Below are positions 61,285-64,000 of a stretch of 64,000 nt of DNA, piece after piece. This DNA comes from Camelus dromedarius (taxonomy: Eukaryota): assembly GCF_036321535.1 (NCBI RefSeq), contig NC_087438.1, forward strand, positions 9,364,001 to 9,428,000, read 5' to 3'. Numbering within the stretch: position 1 is the first letter of the stretch; each line of letters starts with the position of its first letter. A program made the position numbers and the translations under genes. The notes under the pieces are model-generated. The model saw nothing but the letters and a program-made list of their open reading frames with translations, made no database searches and was not told the origin of the DNA.

Positions 61285-61660
61285 TAAGGAGTTTGATGGT
61301 TTTTTTCATCCAAAGCTATTAGACAACCAGTGAAGGGTATTAAGCAGTAAAATATCATAAGGACTGACCTCTTGAGAATATCATCCTGTCTGCTGTGTGC
61401 AGAATCTATCGGAGGGGCTAGGCGGGAAGCAAGGAGACCCATCAGGAGGCTTGCCAGTGGCCGTATCCAGACAGTGGCAGTGGGGGCAGACATTAGATGG
61501 ATGCAGGGAGAGCGTGGTGGGAAGCACAAAAGGAGGTGGGACTGGATCAGATGATTGGCTCAGCCTGTTGAATTTGGGGTCTGGTGAACTTTCAAGTACA
61601 TTTGTTAGACATAGGTATTCAGGGAATATATTGGTAGAAATTTTGAAGTCTTTGATCTAT
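61285..61660 (-). mobile_element. L2 fragment
   Basis: ttaaggagtttga...cagtgaagggtattaagcag...tcatcctgtctgctgtgtgcagaat...gaagcaaggagacccatcaggaggcttg. Confidence 0.8.
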
Positions 61661-61799
61661 AAGGTCCAATCAAAATACTGACAACTTACACACACACACA
61701 CCTTGCAAGTATTGGGAAAAAATGGAGAGAAAGTTATATGAATAGTATGTATTAAGAGTGCTACTATATATACCAACTTATATATGTTTTAAGTCTGTT

Positions 61800-61945
61800 T
61801 GTTCTCAGTTCTTATTCTGACTTACTGCTAACTACTTCATACCCTTGGCTTGCCTGGAATGCAATTTCCTTGAAGTGTAAAATAATGAAGTTTGAATACA
61901 GAATTATAAGATCTATATCATTTCCAAGATCTAAAATTCAGTGCC
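61800..61945 (+). mobile_element. MIR/MIR3 fragment
   Basis: gttccttattctgacttactgctaacta...acccttgg...caatttccttgaagtgtaaaataa...ttccaagatctaaaattc. Confidence 0.5.
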
Positions 61946-62114
61946 TGATTTTCAAACCAATTTATAAACCAGAAGAGCAAATTCTGTATATAATTTAAGT
62001 AATATCCCAGCACCTCAATGCCAATCATCTGCCAATCCTGTGTTTTAAAATTACAGGCAAAACTGGACCTTTCTTCTTAGGCAGAGAAGAGTTTAGATTC
62101 ACCCACATGGCTCT

Positions 62115-62540
62115 TTTAGAATTCATCCAAAAGCAGTCCCTGAAACAAGGTTTTGAGCACATGTCAGCTTTTTGGAAAGTAAAGAAAACACTAGTGAGGG
62201 GAGAAGAAAATCAGACAAGCAAGGATAGAGCCAATAAAGGAGATGTTTCAAAGTCAGCTCCCATTGTGGGTTACTGGCCTCAAGCCCACGGAGGAAACTA
62301 GGAGGCCAGAGCCATTCCATTTGGAGGGTGAGAGAGCCGGGGGAGTTATACACCACCTCCTGTCAATCACTGCTCCAAGGCCGTGACTCCAGCACATCCA
62401 GCCAGGGGCATGCAAGCCACAGGGCTCTTCTACAGCATAGAAAGTCTTCCGACAGAAAGGGCAGATGCTGGAAGTCAGGAAGCAATAGAGTCGTAGGGCG
62501 AGGGGATACAAGTAAGGCCCAGTTGTTACCTGTTCCACTG
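62115..62540 (-). mobile_element. ERVL LTR (LTR16/LTR33-like)
   Basis: aaaagcagtccctgaaacaaggttttgag...agccaataaaggagatgtttcaaagtcagctcccattgtgggttactgg...ggggagttatacaccacctcctgtcaatcactg. Confidence 0.65.
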
Positions 62541-63675
62541 CCTCAGCAGGAAAATATCTAGAGCAACTTCTTCACTGGCCAGAACCCTAGGAACCCCAAG
62601 AACCCCATGCTTTGAGGAAACTGCAGGTTGGTTCCTGTGAACTGAAGACACTAGGACTGGCTAAAACGTCCCCAGGTTTTTCTCAAGCCATTGCATAGTC
62701 TTGTGATTTGCATATATTTCTGAGCATTTACTTTTACTTTTTCATAAATAGGAATGTAAAGATCTGAACAGGAACCTGGGTGAGAAAGAATTATGACCAA
62801 TACCTAAAAGGGAAAATAAAACTATTTTGAATGGTTCAAAAATTTTTATAGATATTTCATCAGCTATGCAATTGATTTCCTGGTAACTTGCAGATGGAAT
62901 CATATTGTGATACACATACATTTATTTCAAATGTACCTAACTTGTAAGCCTACTTTTGGAATAGAAATCTGACACAGTAATTAGGAATGTCGATTTACTT
63001 TCCAAAATAATGAAGTTAATTTAGCCATTAAGAGTTTAAAAAAATGTTGCTGATCTATGAAAAAAAAATAGGAAATCCAAGTTCTTTAGTAATTTTGCTG
63101 TAATTAATAAAAACATTTCCTTATCTATTCAGGATGGAGTATTTTCTAATTTATTTCCTCAAATCTCTCAGTCTTCCCAGGACAAATTTTGCTAGATCAT
63201 ATTTCAGAAATAGGAAATAAATGATAGGTATGTTTTATTTTTGACCTTTACTGCTGTAATTTTTTTTTCAATAAAGATACATGGCAAGGGAATCTCTCTA
63301 ACAGTTCTTTCAAATAGGTGAAGGGGGAAATTTTTATCTGTCTACTGGGTGCCTAGCTTCTGAATGAAGTGCAAAAGGCTTATTAAAATAACATTATCAA
63401 CACTCTCCATTTCTTTCTCAGTTTGGACTTTTAAAGGCTTATGTCTAAATAGTCTTTTATACAACAGTAGGACCAGCAGTGACACATCAGCTCTGGAAGG
63501 CCAGGAATCATTTGTCCAAGTGTAACTGAGGAAGGGGAAATTCTCTATACAACTCTCATTTAACACAGGGGCTGGCAAGCTAATACATCTGTCCAGTGTA
63601 TGAGATGATTGTAATTCATGACTTGTCCTGTCGGTGTCCTTGAAACATTGTTTTAAAAGTCCTAGGTTCTGTATC

Positions 63676-64000
63676 TATAGCAGATTAAATGGTGCCACCA
63701 TCCTGACTCTTGAAAATAAAAGAAGATACACCCACTCAGAATTTGTGAACATGACCATACTGGGGATGGGGACAAGGGTCTTTGAGGATGTAATTAAATC
63801 AAAGATCTCCAGATGAGATCACTTTGGATTGTCTGAGTAGGGCCTTGTTCCAATGTGTTCTTATAAGAAACAGAAAAGAGAAGACACGCACACGGAGGAG
63901 AGGCCACGTGAAGATGGAGGCAGAGTTGTGCAGCCACAAGCCAAGGGTCACTGGGACTACCCGAGGTCGGAGGGACGAGGAAAGACTCCCGCCAGGCCAG
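63676..64000 (+). mobile_element. MLT1B/C-like MaLR LTR, running off the end of the window
   Basis: agaatttgtgaacatgacc...agggtctttgaggatgtaattaa...gatgagatcactttggatt...ggccacgtgaagatggaggcagag...cagccacaagccaagg. Confidence 0.9.

Overview
AT-rich, CpG-depleted mammalian genomic DNA, not prokaryotic. It is very probably from a camelid (alpaca/llama/camel): it carries three Vic-1-type tRNA-derived SINEs, and I saw no Alu, B1, Bov-tA, PRE1 or Can-SINE elements. Much of the window is interspersed repeat: a 3.3-kb 5'-truncated L1 with decayed ORF2, several short L1 3' ends with intact target-site duplications (TSDs), MIR and L2 relics, MaLR/ERVL/ERV1 LTRs, a decayed ERVL provirus, and hAT DNA transposons (two Charlie1-like copies, MER5A, MER58A, MER91A, MER53). 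None of the supplied ORFs is a convincing host gene; the recognisable ones are L1 ORF2 fragments. The best non-repeat signals are: (i) a frame-consistent three-exon 3' end of an unidentified + strand gene with stop codon and AATAAA (1288-1792); (ii) a CTCF core plus upstream module (38351-38383); (iii) a repeat-poor, motif-dense enhancer-like block with a perfect palindromic ERE (41.6-42.4 kb); (iv) several strong splice-site pairs that may mark unannotated lncRNA exons or microexons; (v) a perfect 52-bp tandem duplication. I found no defensible evidence of a wholly new biological system. Repeat family names come from recalled consensus sequences, and boundaries without a TSD are approximate.
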